From assembly GCA_963823505.1 (NCBI GenBank), contig CAWGLY010000004.1, positions 68,807-132,806 of the forward strand: 64,000 nt of DNA, read 5' to 3'. Below the pieces are notes generated by a model. That model had not been told where the DNA came from, searched no databases, and saw nothing but the letters and a program-made list of their open reading frames with translations. This document shows, piece after piece, positions 19,392 to 27,720 of this stretch; position 1 is the stretch's first letter; each line of letters begins with the position of its first letter. The position numbers were made by a program, and so were the translations under genes. The stretch is from an uncultured Acidimicrobiia bacterium (GTDB lineage Bacteria > Actinomycetota > Acidimicrobiia > Spongiisociales > UBA5794).

Positions 19392-19530
19392 GGTTCGGGG
19401 GTTTGGGAGCTGCAAGTGCCGAGACGTCGGTTCTTCTATTTCGTAGACGTATCGCCGGCCAGTGACACGACCTCACTCGCCGGCGCGTGTGCGTAAGGTC
19501 GGTGGAGGGCATCTACTGGGAGGTTGGCGC

Positions 19531-19920
19531 ATGAAGCATCCGAACTTGGAGAACATCGAGAAGGCGTATGCCGCGTTTGCCGAGGGAGACATCGCCACGA
19601 TCATGGAGTTGTGGACGGACGACATCGTCTGGCACACGGCCGGGAACCACCCGCTGGCGGGCGATCATGCGGGGAAGGATGCGGTGGCCGCCTACCTCGG
19701 TGGTGTGGTGCAGACAACGGGCGGGACGTTCCGTGCCGAGCTGCAGCACGCCCTCGCCGATGACACCAATGGCTACAGCCTGCACAAGGGCACGGGGACG
19801 AAGGACGGGGAGGAGCTGGAGGGATGGTCCATCCTCGGGTATCGCTTCAGGGACGGCAAGGTCGACGAGATCTGGACCTTCGACTACGACCAGCGCATCA
19901 CCGACCGTCTCCTCGGCTGA
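19531..19920 (+). CDS. SnoaL-like/NTF2-fold protein (ketosteroid-isomerase-like)
   Basis: About 130 aa with NTF2-like features (KAYAAFAEGDIATIMELWTDDIVWH). Start at MKHPNLEN. Confidence 0.6.
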   Translation: MKHPNLENIEKAYAAFAEGDIATIMELWTDDIVWHTAGNHPLAGDHAGKDAVAAYLGGVVQTTGGTFRAELQHALADDTNGYSLHKGTGTKDGEELEGWSILGYRFRDGKVDEIWTFDYDQRITDRLLG

Positions 19921-20986
19921 TCTCGCCGGACTGCAGCAGGTCCCTGAGATCCGCCAGGAACCTGGCGGCCGGAGTCCCGTCGACAAATGCATGGTCGAAC
20001 GTCAGGCTCAGTGTCATCACCTTGCGCGCCACGACCTCGCCATCGCCGTCGAAGCCCGGCACGACGCGGACCGCACCGATGCCGAGTACCGCCACCTGCG
20101 GGAGGTTGATGATCGGGGTGAAGCCATCGATGCCGTATGCGCCGAGATTGGTCACGGTGAAGGTGCCACCTTCGTAGTCTGCCGTCGCCAGTTCGCCCGC
20201 TCGGGCCCGATCCGCCAAGCCGGCGATGGATGCGGCCACGTCATCGGCGGAAGCGCCGGCAGGATCCCGCACCACAGGGGTGACGAGTCCGCCGTCGGTC
20301 TGTATCGCCACCGCCACATGTGCAGTGTCCGATCCGGTGAATCGATCGCCGTCCCGCGTACCGTTCAGGTCGGGGTGGTCGCCCAACACGATGGCGGCGG
20401 CGCGGACGACCCATGCGGTGACGGGCGGGCCGGCCGTCTGTGTCACGTCGACGGTGGTGGTGAGGGTGACCGGCGCCGTTTCCCGTGCGCTGCGGCGCAT
20501 GTTGCGTGCGATCACGGCCCGCAACCCGCTCATTCCCGCGACGGCCGGGGCCTCGCCACTCGCTGCCGCATGAACGTCGGCCTCGGTGATGCGACCTGCC
20601 GGGCCCGTGCCGGCCACTGTGGTGAGGTCGACTCCGAGCTCCCGGGCCACCCGCTTCGCCGAGGGTGAGGCCACGACTCTCCGTGTCGCTGCAGCAGGGA
20701 CGGTTGCGCCGGCCGGGGAGCCGTGCGGAGGCGCAGTTGTTGCAGCCTCGCCTTCCTCAAACAGAGCACACATCGCAGCGCCCTGCGGCACGGGCTGGTT
20801 GATGGCGACCAGGCCACGCACGATCCCGTCGCCGGGGGCATGCACGTCCGCAGCGACCTTCTCCGCCTGGACTTCCGCAATCAGCTGGCCGGCGGTGACC
20901 CGACCGCCTTCGTCCACGAGCCACGCGGTGACGACCCCGTCATCACCTGGCTCGGTGATGACGGGCATCAACACCTCTGTCGACAT
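19898..20986 (-). CDS. acoC: dihydrolipoamide acyltransferase, E2 component of a 2-oxoacid/acetoin dehydrogenase complex
   Basis: The N-terminal lipoyl domain has the lysine in EVQAEKVAADV. An E3-binding region and a C-terminal catalytic domain with DHAFVDG follow. Confidence 0.8.
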   Translation of the reverse strand: MSTEVLMPVITEPGDDGVVTAWLVDEGGRVTAGQLIAEVQAEKVAADVHAPGDGIVRGLVAINQPVPQGAAMCALFEEGEAATTAPPHGSPAGATVPAAATRRVVASPSAKRVARELGVDLTTVAGTGPAGRITEADVHAAASGEAPAVAGMSGLRAVIARNMRRSARETAPVTLTTTVDVTQTAGPPVTAWVVRAAAIVLGDHPDLNGTRDGDRFTGSDTAHVAVAIQTDGGLVTPVVRDPAGASADDVAASIAGLADRARAGELATADYEGGTFTVTNLGAYGIDGFTPIINLPQVAVLGIGAVRVVPGFDGDGEVVARKVMTLSLTFDHAFVDGTPAARFLADLRDLLQSGEISRGDGR

Positions 20987-20996
20987 GGCGCCTCTT

Positions 20997-22016
20997 TCAG
21001 TCCGAGAGCAGCGACTTCACTCCCGCAACGATCTTGTCCGCGTCGGGCATCACGAACTGCTCGAGCACCCTGGCGTACGGGATCGGCACGTCCGGGATGG
21101 CGATGCGCGCAGGAGGTGCATCGAGATAGTCGAAGGCACCTTCTACGGCAGTGGTGATCACTTCGCCGGTCATCCCGAAGCTGCGGTAGTCCTCGTCGAC
21201 CACCAGCAGCCGGTGGGTCTTGCGCACCGATTCGAGGATCGCTTCCCGGTCGAGCGGCACGAGCGACCGGAGGTCGAGGACCTCTGTCGAGATGCCGTCG
21301 CCTTCCAGCCGCTCAGCCGCGTCGAGCGCACGGTGCACCGACAGGCTGATGGTGGCGACGGTGACGTCTGTGCCCTCCCGGGCGACGGCCGCCTTGCCGA
21401 TGGGCACGGTGTACGCCTCCTCCGGCACGGCACCGGTGGCGCGAGGGTTGTTCGTCATCCAGCCAAGGCCGAGGACGCCCTTGTGGAACATGTACAGCAC
21501 CGGGTTGTCGTCCCGAATGGCCGAGATCATCAGCCCTTTTGCGTCGTGAGGGTTCGAGGGAGCCACGACCTTCATTCCCGGCAGGTGAGCGAACGTGCCC
21601 CACAAGGTCTGGGAGTGCTGGCCGGCGTCTGAGTAGCCGCCGCCCACGGCGGTGGTCAGCACCATCGGCACCTTGATGTTGCCGCCCGAGAAGTAGTGGA
21701 TCTTCGCCATGTTGTTGTAGATCTGATCCATACACACGCCGAAGAAGTCGACGAACATCAACTCTGCGATCGGCCGCATCCCGTTGGTGGCCGCACCAAT
21801 CGCCGCTCCGATGAATCCTGTCTCCGAGATGGGCGTGTCCATGACCCGCTCAGGCCCGAAACGATCGAGGAGACCTTCCGTGGCGCCGAAGATCCCGCCG
21901 TATACGCCGATGTCCTCACCGAGGACGAAGACAGTTTCGTCCCGCTCCATCTCCTGGGCGATGGCCTCGGCGATGGCCTTCTGGGTGGTGAGCTTGCGCT
22001 CGGTCATCGTGGTCAT
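20997..22016 (-). CDS. acoB: TPP-dependent dehydrogenase E1 component, beta subunit
   Basis: Transketolase-like pyrimidine-binding and C-terminal domains; conserved along the length with PDH/acetoin E1-beta. Confidence 0.85.
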   Translation of the reverse strand: MTTMTERKLTTQKAIAEAIAQEMERDETVFVLGEDIGVYGGIFGATEGLLDRFGPERVMDTPISETGFIGAAIGAATNGMRPIAELMFVDFFGVCMDQIYNNMAKIHYFSGGNIKVPMVLTTAVGGGYSDAGQHSQTLWGTFAHLPGMKVVAPSNPHDAKGLMISAIRDDNPVLYMFHKGVLGLGWMTNNPRATGAVPEEAYTVPIGKAAVAREGTDVTVATISLSVHRALDAAERLEGDGISTEVLDLRSLVPLDREAILESVRKTHRLLVVDEDYRSFGMTGEVITTAVEGAFDYLDAPPARIAIPDVPIPYARVLEQFVMPDADKIVAGVKSLLSD

Positions 22017-22024
22017 CGTCCCTC

Positions 22025-23011
22025 CTATGCGAATACGTGGAGGAGCGCGTCCTCCGGGGCGGGCGCAGGGCTGGTGCGGGCGAAGGCGATGGCCGCATCC
22101 ACTTCGCCGTGCATCCGCTCGGCGATGGTGTCGCGGTCCGCGTCGGTCAGGACGCCCTCCTCGATGAGGCGGGCGCCGAACACGGTGATCGGATCCCGCT
22201 CGCCCATGGTCTCCTTGAACTCATCGCTGCGGTAGGCGTCGGCATCTCCCTCGAAGTGACCCCACAACCGGTCGGTCTTCACCTCGATGAGGCTGGGACC
22301 GCCGCCGGCGCGGGCCCTGGCGATGGCTTCGCGGGCGACCTCGTATACCGCAACGGGGTCGTTCTCCGGCACGAGCACCCCCGGCATGCCGTAGGCGGAG
22401 GCCCGGTCGCTGTTGTCGGGGATGGCCGTCGACGCCTCCTTCGGCACCGAGATTGCGTAGGCGTTGTCTTCGCAGATGAACACCACGGGGAGATTCCACA
22501 ACGCGGCCAGGTTCAGCGACTCGTGGAATGCACCCTGGTTGGCTGCGCCCTCGCCGAAGAACGAGATCGCCACGTTGTCCTTGCCCAGCTTCTTGAATGC
22601 GAGCGCGGCGCCGACCGCAACCGGCATGCCCTCGGCGATGATGCCGGAGCACCCGAAGTTGGGTGCAGCCGAGTAGAGGTGCATGTGGCCGCCCTTGCCG
22701 TGGCCAAGCCCAGTGTCCTTGCCGAATATCTCGGCGGCCATCTTGTTCAGGTCGAGGCCTTGGGCGATGGCGACGTGGTGCGGCCGGTGGGTGGCCGTGA
22801 TGGCGTCGCCTGCTTTCAGGTGCGGCATGACTCCGACGGCCACCGGTTCCTGCCCTGCTGCGAGGTGCATCTCGCCGGGAACCTCGCCGGCTGCGATATC
22901 GAAGGCGGGAAGCTTGTCCGCAAAGTAGATCTCGCGGATACGCTCCTCGAAGTAGCGGATCTTGACCATCGTCGTGTACATGTCGACCAGGTGCTCTCGA
23001 GGTATCTGCAT
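22025..23011 (-). CDS. acoA: TPP-dependent dehydrogenase E1 component, alpha subunit
   Basis: TPP-binding motif GDGAANQG-like (FFGEGAANQGAFHE). Start at MQIPREHL behind a GGAAGGGAG RBS. Confidence 0.85.
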   Translation of the reverse strand: MQIPREHLVDMYTTMVKIRYFEERIREIYFADKLPAFDIAAGEVPGEMHLAAGQEPVAVGVMPHLKAGDAITATHRPHHVAIAQGLDLNKMAAEIFGKDTGLGHGKGGHMHLYSAAPNFGCSGIIAEGMPVAVGAALAFKKLGKDNVAISFFGEGAANQGAFHESLNLAALWNLPVVFICEDNAYAISVPKEASTAIPDNSDRASAYGMPGVLVPENDPVAVYEVAREAIARARAGGGPSLIEVKTDRLWGHFEGDADAYRSDEFKETMGERDPITVFGARLIEEGVLTDADRDTIAERMHGEVDAAIAFARTSPAPAPEDALLHVFA

Positions 23012-23084
23012 GCAGGCTCCCTTCCGTCGGCGGCCCACCGCGCGCAGGCCGGACGTTCGCATGATCTCGTGTCGACCCTACGCG

Positions 23085-24122
23085 TCAGGAACGGCCGGTG
23101 GTCGGGCCGAACGGCACGTTCTCTTGCCGCGCCTGCGAGTTGGCGGCGAGCGCCCTCGACACCGAGAGGAGGAAGGCCCCAGCAGTGACCTCGATGAAGG
23201 GGTTGTCGCCGCGAACCAGGCGCCGCTCCCCGTCGAGGGCGACGACGCGGGTGGCCGGTTGCAGGTCGATCGTCGTGCCTTCGGGGATCGTGTCGTGTTC
23301 CGCCACCGAGATCTCGCCGACGAGCCCGGGCCCGAAGATCGCCCGCACGCGGTGCCCGCCACCGAAGCGGATGTAGCGGGCGTGTCGTGGCGGTATCGGG
23401 CCGAGGGCGGATGCGACCGATGCGATACCCACCGCTTCCGGGCGGGCGTTTGCGACGACGGCTTCAACCAGATCGTCCGGTTCCCACAGCGCCCGGGCCC
23501 CCGTCCAGTGGGTGCGCACGCCCACTGCGTCGACGACCGCAGTGCTGGGTTCTGCATCTCCGGTGCGGAGGATCATCGTGGTGAGCTGGTCGTACGTGTG
23601 GTCAGGCACACAGCCTGCCGCGGCCAGCGCGGTTGCGTAGCCCACCATCGTCGGCTCGTGACCGATGGCCACCGCATTGTTCGTGCCGGCAGCGAGGGGG
23701 ACGAGCCGGGCGTCCGGCCAGGCTTCGACGGCGGAGCGGATCGTGCCGTCTCCACCGACGGTGACGAGAGCGCGGGCTCCCATGGCGGCCAGGAGGCGGG
23801 CTGCGTCGTACGTGTCGCGCTCGGTGGCGGTGGCTGCCATGGGGAGGAAGCGCACCGGTGGGCTCGTGCCTCGCGACATGCGGAGCGCTCTTTGCACCAT
23901 GCCGCCCGAGTCGTCGAGCGCCACGACCTCGACGGGGGGCCCGGCGGTCATGCCGACGAGGAGCCGTGCGATGAGGTTGGCCTTCTCCTCGACGTCGACC
24001 ACGCGCGCCAGACCGACGAGGCGCCGGATGTCCTTCGACGCCATCGGGTTTGCGATCAACCCGACGACGGGCAGCCTCTCATCGACGGGGCCCGAACCTT
24101 CCGTAGCCGTCGCAGGTGACAT
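23085..24122 (-). CDS. acoX: ATP-NAD kinase/diacylglycerol-kinase-fold protein (AcoX-like), upstream in the E1-E2 operon
   Basis: GGDGT motif in the NAD-kinase fold. Its position upstream of the E1 alpha/beta/E2 genes matches acetoin operons. Start at MSPATATEG. Confidence 0.6.
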   Translation of the reverse strand: MSPATATEGSGPVDERLPVVGLIANPMASKDIRRLVGLARVVDVEEKANLIARLLVGMTAGPPVEVVALDDSGGMVQRALRMSRGTSPPVRFLPMAATATERDTYDAARLLAAMGARALVTVGGDGTIRSAVEAWPDARLVPLAAGTNNAVAIGHEPTMVGYATALAAAGCVPDHTYDQLTTMILRTGDAEPSTAVVDAVGVRTHWTGARALWEPDDLVEAVVANARPEAVGIASVASALGPIPPRHARYIRFGGGHRVRAIFGPGLVGEISVAEHDTIPEGTTIDLQPATRVVALDGERRLVRGDNPFIEVTAGAFLLSVSRALAANSQARQENVPFGPTTGRS

Positions 24123-24190
24123 GCCACCCACCCTATTGCCCCGTTGCCGCCGGCGCCCCTGCGGCTGGGCGCCACCGGCAGGCGTCGTCG

Positions 24191-24628
24191 TCAGTTGTCC
24201 AGCTCGATCGCCACCATCACGACGGCGTCCGCAACTCGAGCCAGCTCGGCATCGTCGGGGTGCCATCGTTTCCCGAAGAACTTCGGTCGACCTGAGGGCG
24301 TCGTGTAGGGGAATCGGCTCACGTACTCGCGGACATACCGGGCTCGCGCCGCAGCGTTGGTGATGAGGTGCGCCGTGCCCGCTCGATCCACGCCGCGCAG
24401 CCGGACCGTCACCGCCTCAGGAGTCTCGAAGTTGCGCCACCACGTCTTGCCGCCGGGTGCCCCTGCCCAGATGGCCAGCGTGGTGCCATCCTCGAGGTAC
24501 TGCAACGGCAGGGTGAACTGCTTGCCCGAGCGCCGGCCGGTGTAGGTGAGCAAGAGCAGGCTGCGGCTCATCATGCCGTGGAGCGGTGAACGCAGCACGG
24601 CTGCCATGATCGAGTTGCCAAAGCTCAC
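24191..24628 (-). CDS. deazaflavin(F420)-dependent nitroreductase-family protein (DUF385 family)
   Basis: The LLLLTYTGRRSGKQFTLPLQY signature of the F420-binding nitroreductase family is present. Confidence 0.7.
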   Translation of the reverse strand: MSFGNSIMAAVLRSPLHGMMSRSLLLLTYTGRRSGKQFTLPLQYLEDGTTLAIWAGAPGGKTWWRNFETPEAVTVRLRGVDRAGTAHLITNAAARARYVREYVSRFPYTTPSGRPKFFGKRWHPDDAELARVADAVVMVAIELDN

Positions 24629-24641
24629 GGTGCGCTCCTTC

Positions 24642-25220
24642 TCAACGTTCCAGCAGGTGATGGATCTCTCTCACTTCCTCCAGCAGCGCGTGCAGATCGG
24701 TCGTCCCGCCATTGCCTGTTGCCGGATCATGGTGCGGCTCCAGCCTTCTGATGCGGTTGCGCAACTCCTGGTGCAGCTCGGCGGGATGATGCTGTCCCGC
24801 AATGCGGCCCTCGTAGCCCGTGGCCGTCTGGTTCTGCCCGGCGGTCTGAACGTCGATCGAGCCGATGTGCAGCCACCGGTCGTACAGCGAGCGGTGGAGC
24901 CGGAAGTCGGTGATCATCCGGAACGGGATGTTCTGGTCGACCTTGGAGAGGATGCCCTTGTGGATGATGACCTCGTCCGCAGTGACCTCGTAGGACAGGT
25001 TGCGAATCCACAACCATGCGATGGGGGCACCGATGATCCACATCGCGGCCAGCGCCGAGCCGACGACGATCCACATGATGGGCACCGCCTGGCCCGGGTC
25101 GTCAGCGGCGAGATTGATGATGAGCGTGGCGACCCCGGCCCCGGCTGCGACGAACGTGGTGATCGTGGCGAACGTCATCCATGCCTTGGTGTAGAGCTTC
25201 CGCACGGGTGTGAGCTTCAT
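24642..25220 (-). CDS. membrane protein with bacterial PH (bPH_2/YdbS-like) domain
   Basis: Two TM helices followed by a PH-like domain (EVTADEVIIHKGILSKVDQNIPFRMITDF). Confidence 0.6.
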   Translation of the reverse strand: MKLTPVRKLYTKAWMTFATITTFVAAGAGVATLIINLAADDPGQAVPIMWIVVGSALAAMWIIGAPIAWLWIRNLSYEVTADEVIIHKGILSKVDQNIPFRMITDFRLHRSLYDRWLHIGSIDVQTAGQNQTATGYEGRIAGQHHPAELHQELRNRIRRLEPHHDPATGNGGTTDLHALLEEVREIHHLLER

Positions 25221-25440
25221 GCTTCCTCCTCGACAGCGCACCTCCCCATTGGACCTCAGTGGACTTGCGGCAGATAGGGGAAGTCGTCGATGGCGATCGG
25301 GACCGCAACCCGCGGCTCGCCGGACCGAGAGCGACGCCGGCGAGGGTTCCCGGCACGTTCCCTGCGATCACCCCTAGGTCGATCGGCTCGGGGTCGGTCG
25401 ACTCATTCCGGCTGGGAGGGTGACAGACGGGTGGTCGGGG

Positions 25441-25585
25441 AGTGTCTTACCTATGTCGGCAGCGAATGAGGATTCGGAAGCAGGCAGGCCCGGTAGGGAC
25501 CCGCAGGTAGGAACGGGTGGGCCAAGGTTTCATACAAAGGGCGGATGAACGGGGCTCCGAGAGGGGCCCCCTCCGCACGTCTGGG
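25441..25585 (+). repeat. repeated structured element, copy C
   Basis: Core agtgtcttacctatgtcggcagcgaatgaggattcg. It shares cccggtaggg and ggtgggccaaggttt with copy A. The 3' hairpin is ggggctcc-gaga-ggggcccc, then ctccgcacgtctgg. Confidence 0.6.
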
Positions 25586-25683
25586 GCCAGTCCGCCGGCA
25601 CAGCTCTTTGGTGACTTCAGACATGAACCCACCGAAACGCCCGCCCGCGCGGGCGGACGTTTGGTGCGAGCCGGGGTTCGTTC

Positions 25684-26511
25684 TCAGCTCTCGGTGAAGC
25701 GGAACGTCATGCGAGCCAAACCGAGGCCGATGACGATCCAGGCTCCGATCAGCGCCAGCTCCGAGCCGATGTCGCCGATCCCGGCACCCATCAGGGCGAT
25801 GGCTCGCATCGAGTCGATCAGCGGCGTCAGCGGCAGCAGATCGGCGATGGGTTGCAGCCATGCCGGCATCGAGTCGATCGGGAAGAAGCTGCCCGACAGG
25901 AACATCAGCGGGGTCGTCGCCAGCCCGGCCATGTTGTTGGCGGCGTCGACGCTTCTCACACGGCCGGCAATGGCGAAGCCCAACGACAAGAAGATCAGGT
26001 TGCCCAGCGCCGAGATGACGAACAGCAGTGGCCAGCCCGACCCGAGGCTGCCGCCGACGAGGAGGCCGACGAGCATGATGATGGCCGTCTGCACTGCAGC
26101 CAGCACGAGCCGGGCACCAACCTGGCCCACGATGAATCGCGACGGTGGCAGCGGCGTCACGACGATTCGCTTCAGGATCTTCAGTTCCCTGTAACGAGCG
26201 ACCGATGCTGCGGTGCCGACCATGGCGAAGTTCATCAGACCGATGGCCAGCAGGGCGGGGAGCACGTACTCGAAGTAGTCGACCCCCGGCAGCGCACCCT
26301 CGGCCGAGAAGCTGACGTCGAATACGGCAAAGGCGAGAACGAAGACGACGGGGAAGATCAAGGCCATCAAGAAGGCGGTCTTGTCGCGCACGAGCATCTT
26401 GACGGATGAGGTGAAGAGCTGGATGGTGGGCTTCACGGGTGGTGTCCTTTCAGGGTTGGTGCGGAGAGCTGCCGGGAGCTCATCGAGCGATACGGCTCGC
26501 CCTTCAGTCAC
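25684..26511 (-). CDS. ABC-2 type transporter permease
   Basis: Six TM helices with ABC-2 family composition. Overlaps the upstream ATPase gene by 8 nt. Confidence 0.75.
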   Translation of the reverse strand: MTEGRAVSLDELPAALRTNPERTPPVKPTIQLFTSSVKMLVRDKTAFLMALIFPVVFVLAFAVFDVSFSAEGALPGVDYFEYVLPALLAIGLMNFAMVGTAASVARYRELKILKRIVVTPLPPSRFIVGQVGARLVLAAVQTAIIMLVGLLVGGSLGSGWPLLFVISALGNLIFLSLGFAIAGRVRSVDAANNMAGLATTPLMFLSGSFFPIDSMPAWLQPIADLLPLTPLIDSMRAIALMGAGIGDIGSELALIGAWIVIGLGLARMTFRFTES

Positions 26512-27442
26512 GGAGCCGGCGTCCTGTCACGTTGAGGAACACGTCCTCGAGGGTCGGTGCGTGCACGGCGAGGTCGTCGACCTCGAAGCGCCGCACCGCG
26601 GCCAGCTGGAAGAGGGCGGGGACCGTCTGCTGGGGCGAACCGGTGCTGAGCACGTGGGAGGCAATGCCGTTGGCCTTGGTGGCGACGGCGGTGACGCCCG
26701 GCAACGTCGCCAGGACGTTGTCGCCGACTTCCTGCGGTGAGGTGAATACGACCGAGTGGTCGGTGGCGAGGGTGTTGATGAGACCGGCAGGGGTGTCGAG
26801 CGCCTGGATCTGGCCGGCGTCGATGATCGCCACCCGGTGGCTCAGTTCGCTCGCCTCTTCCATGTAGTGCGTCGTCAGCACAACGGTCTTGCCATCGTGC
26901 TCGTTGATGGTGCGGATCAGGTCCCACAGGTTGCGGCGCGCTTGCGGGTCGAGACCGGTCGTCGGCTCATCGAGAAAGACGATGTCGGGGTCGTTGACGA
27001 GGGCGGCAACGATCGAAAAGCGCTGTGCCTGGCCTCCTGACAACTGACCCACCAGCGCTCGGCGTTTCGGTAGCAGCCCCACCTTGTCCAGCAGCGCTCC
27101 GGCCGGAAGGGACCTCGGGTAGAAGGAGCCGAACAGGTCGAGCAGCTCCTGCAGCGTCAGGTATTCGAAGTACGACGAGGCTTGGAGCTGAACCCCGATC
27201 CGGGTCTTCACCGCCCCAGTGTCGACTTGCGAGTCGAGACCGAAGACGGACGTCGTCCCGCTGGACGCGGTGTTGAGTCCCTCGATGATCTCGAGCGTGG
27301 TGCTCTTGCCTGCGCCGTTCGGGCCGAGGATCCCGAACACCTCGCCTGCTGTGACGTCGAACGACAGGCCGTCGACGGCATTGAAGGCGCCTCCGTCGGG
27401 GTCGGGATACGTCTTGACCAGGTCCTGGACCCGGACGGCCAT
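26504..27442 (-). CDS. ABC transporter ATP-binding protein
   Basis: Walker A GPNGAGKST, signature LSGGQAQR, Walker B IVFLDEPTTGLD. Confidence 0.9.
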   Translation of the reverse strand: MAVRVQDLVKTYPDPDGGAFNAVDGLSFDVTAGEVFGILGPNGAGKSTTLEIIEGLNTASSGTTSVFGLDSQVDTGAVKTRIGVQLQASSYFEYLTLQELLDLFGSFYPRSLPAGALLDKVGLLPKRRALVGQLSGGQAQRFSIVAALVNDPDIVFLDEPTTGLDPQARRNLWDLIRTINEHDGKTVVLTTHYMEEASELSHRVAIIDAGQIQALDTPAGLINTLATDHSVVFTSPQEVGDNVLATLPGVTAVATKANGIASHVLSTGSPQQTVPALFQLAAVRRFEVDDLAVHAPTLEDVFLNVTGRRLRD

Positions 27443-27720
27443 CGTCTCGTGCGCATCGTTGTCGATGTCAGGTCTGGGGTTGGTCGAGCGTGGTCATGTT
27501 GGCTCCCTTCAGTGCTTGCCTGCAGCGTGCAACGTGGGGCTGACACCGCGCTGACCTCCCGCTGACAGCGGGCGAAGGGGCCGTCAGCGAGTCCTCAACC
27601 ATCGACCGCGGCCCTGGAGGACCGCGTTGAACGTGGCTCCTGGGCGAACGACCTCCCGGGCAGGCCTCGAGCTCTCGATCCGCGGCGACAGCGCCCGCGA
27701 CGGTGCCCTAGGTTGCGCCT

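Noticed and set aside
20586-21632. 348-aa plus-strand ORF across E2/E1-beta
   Set aside because: Antisense to two well-supported dehydrogenase subunits.
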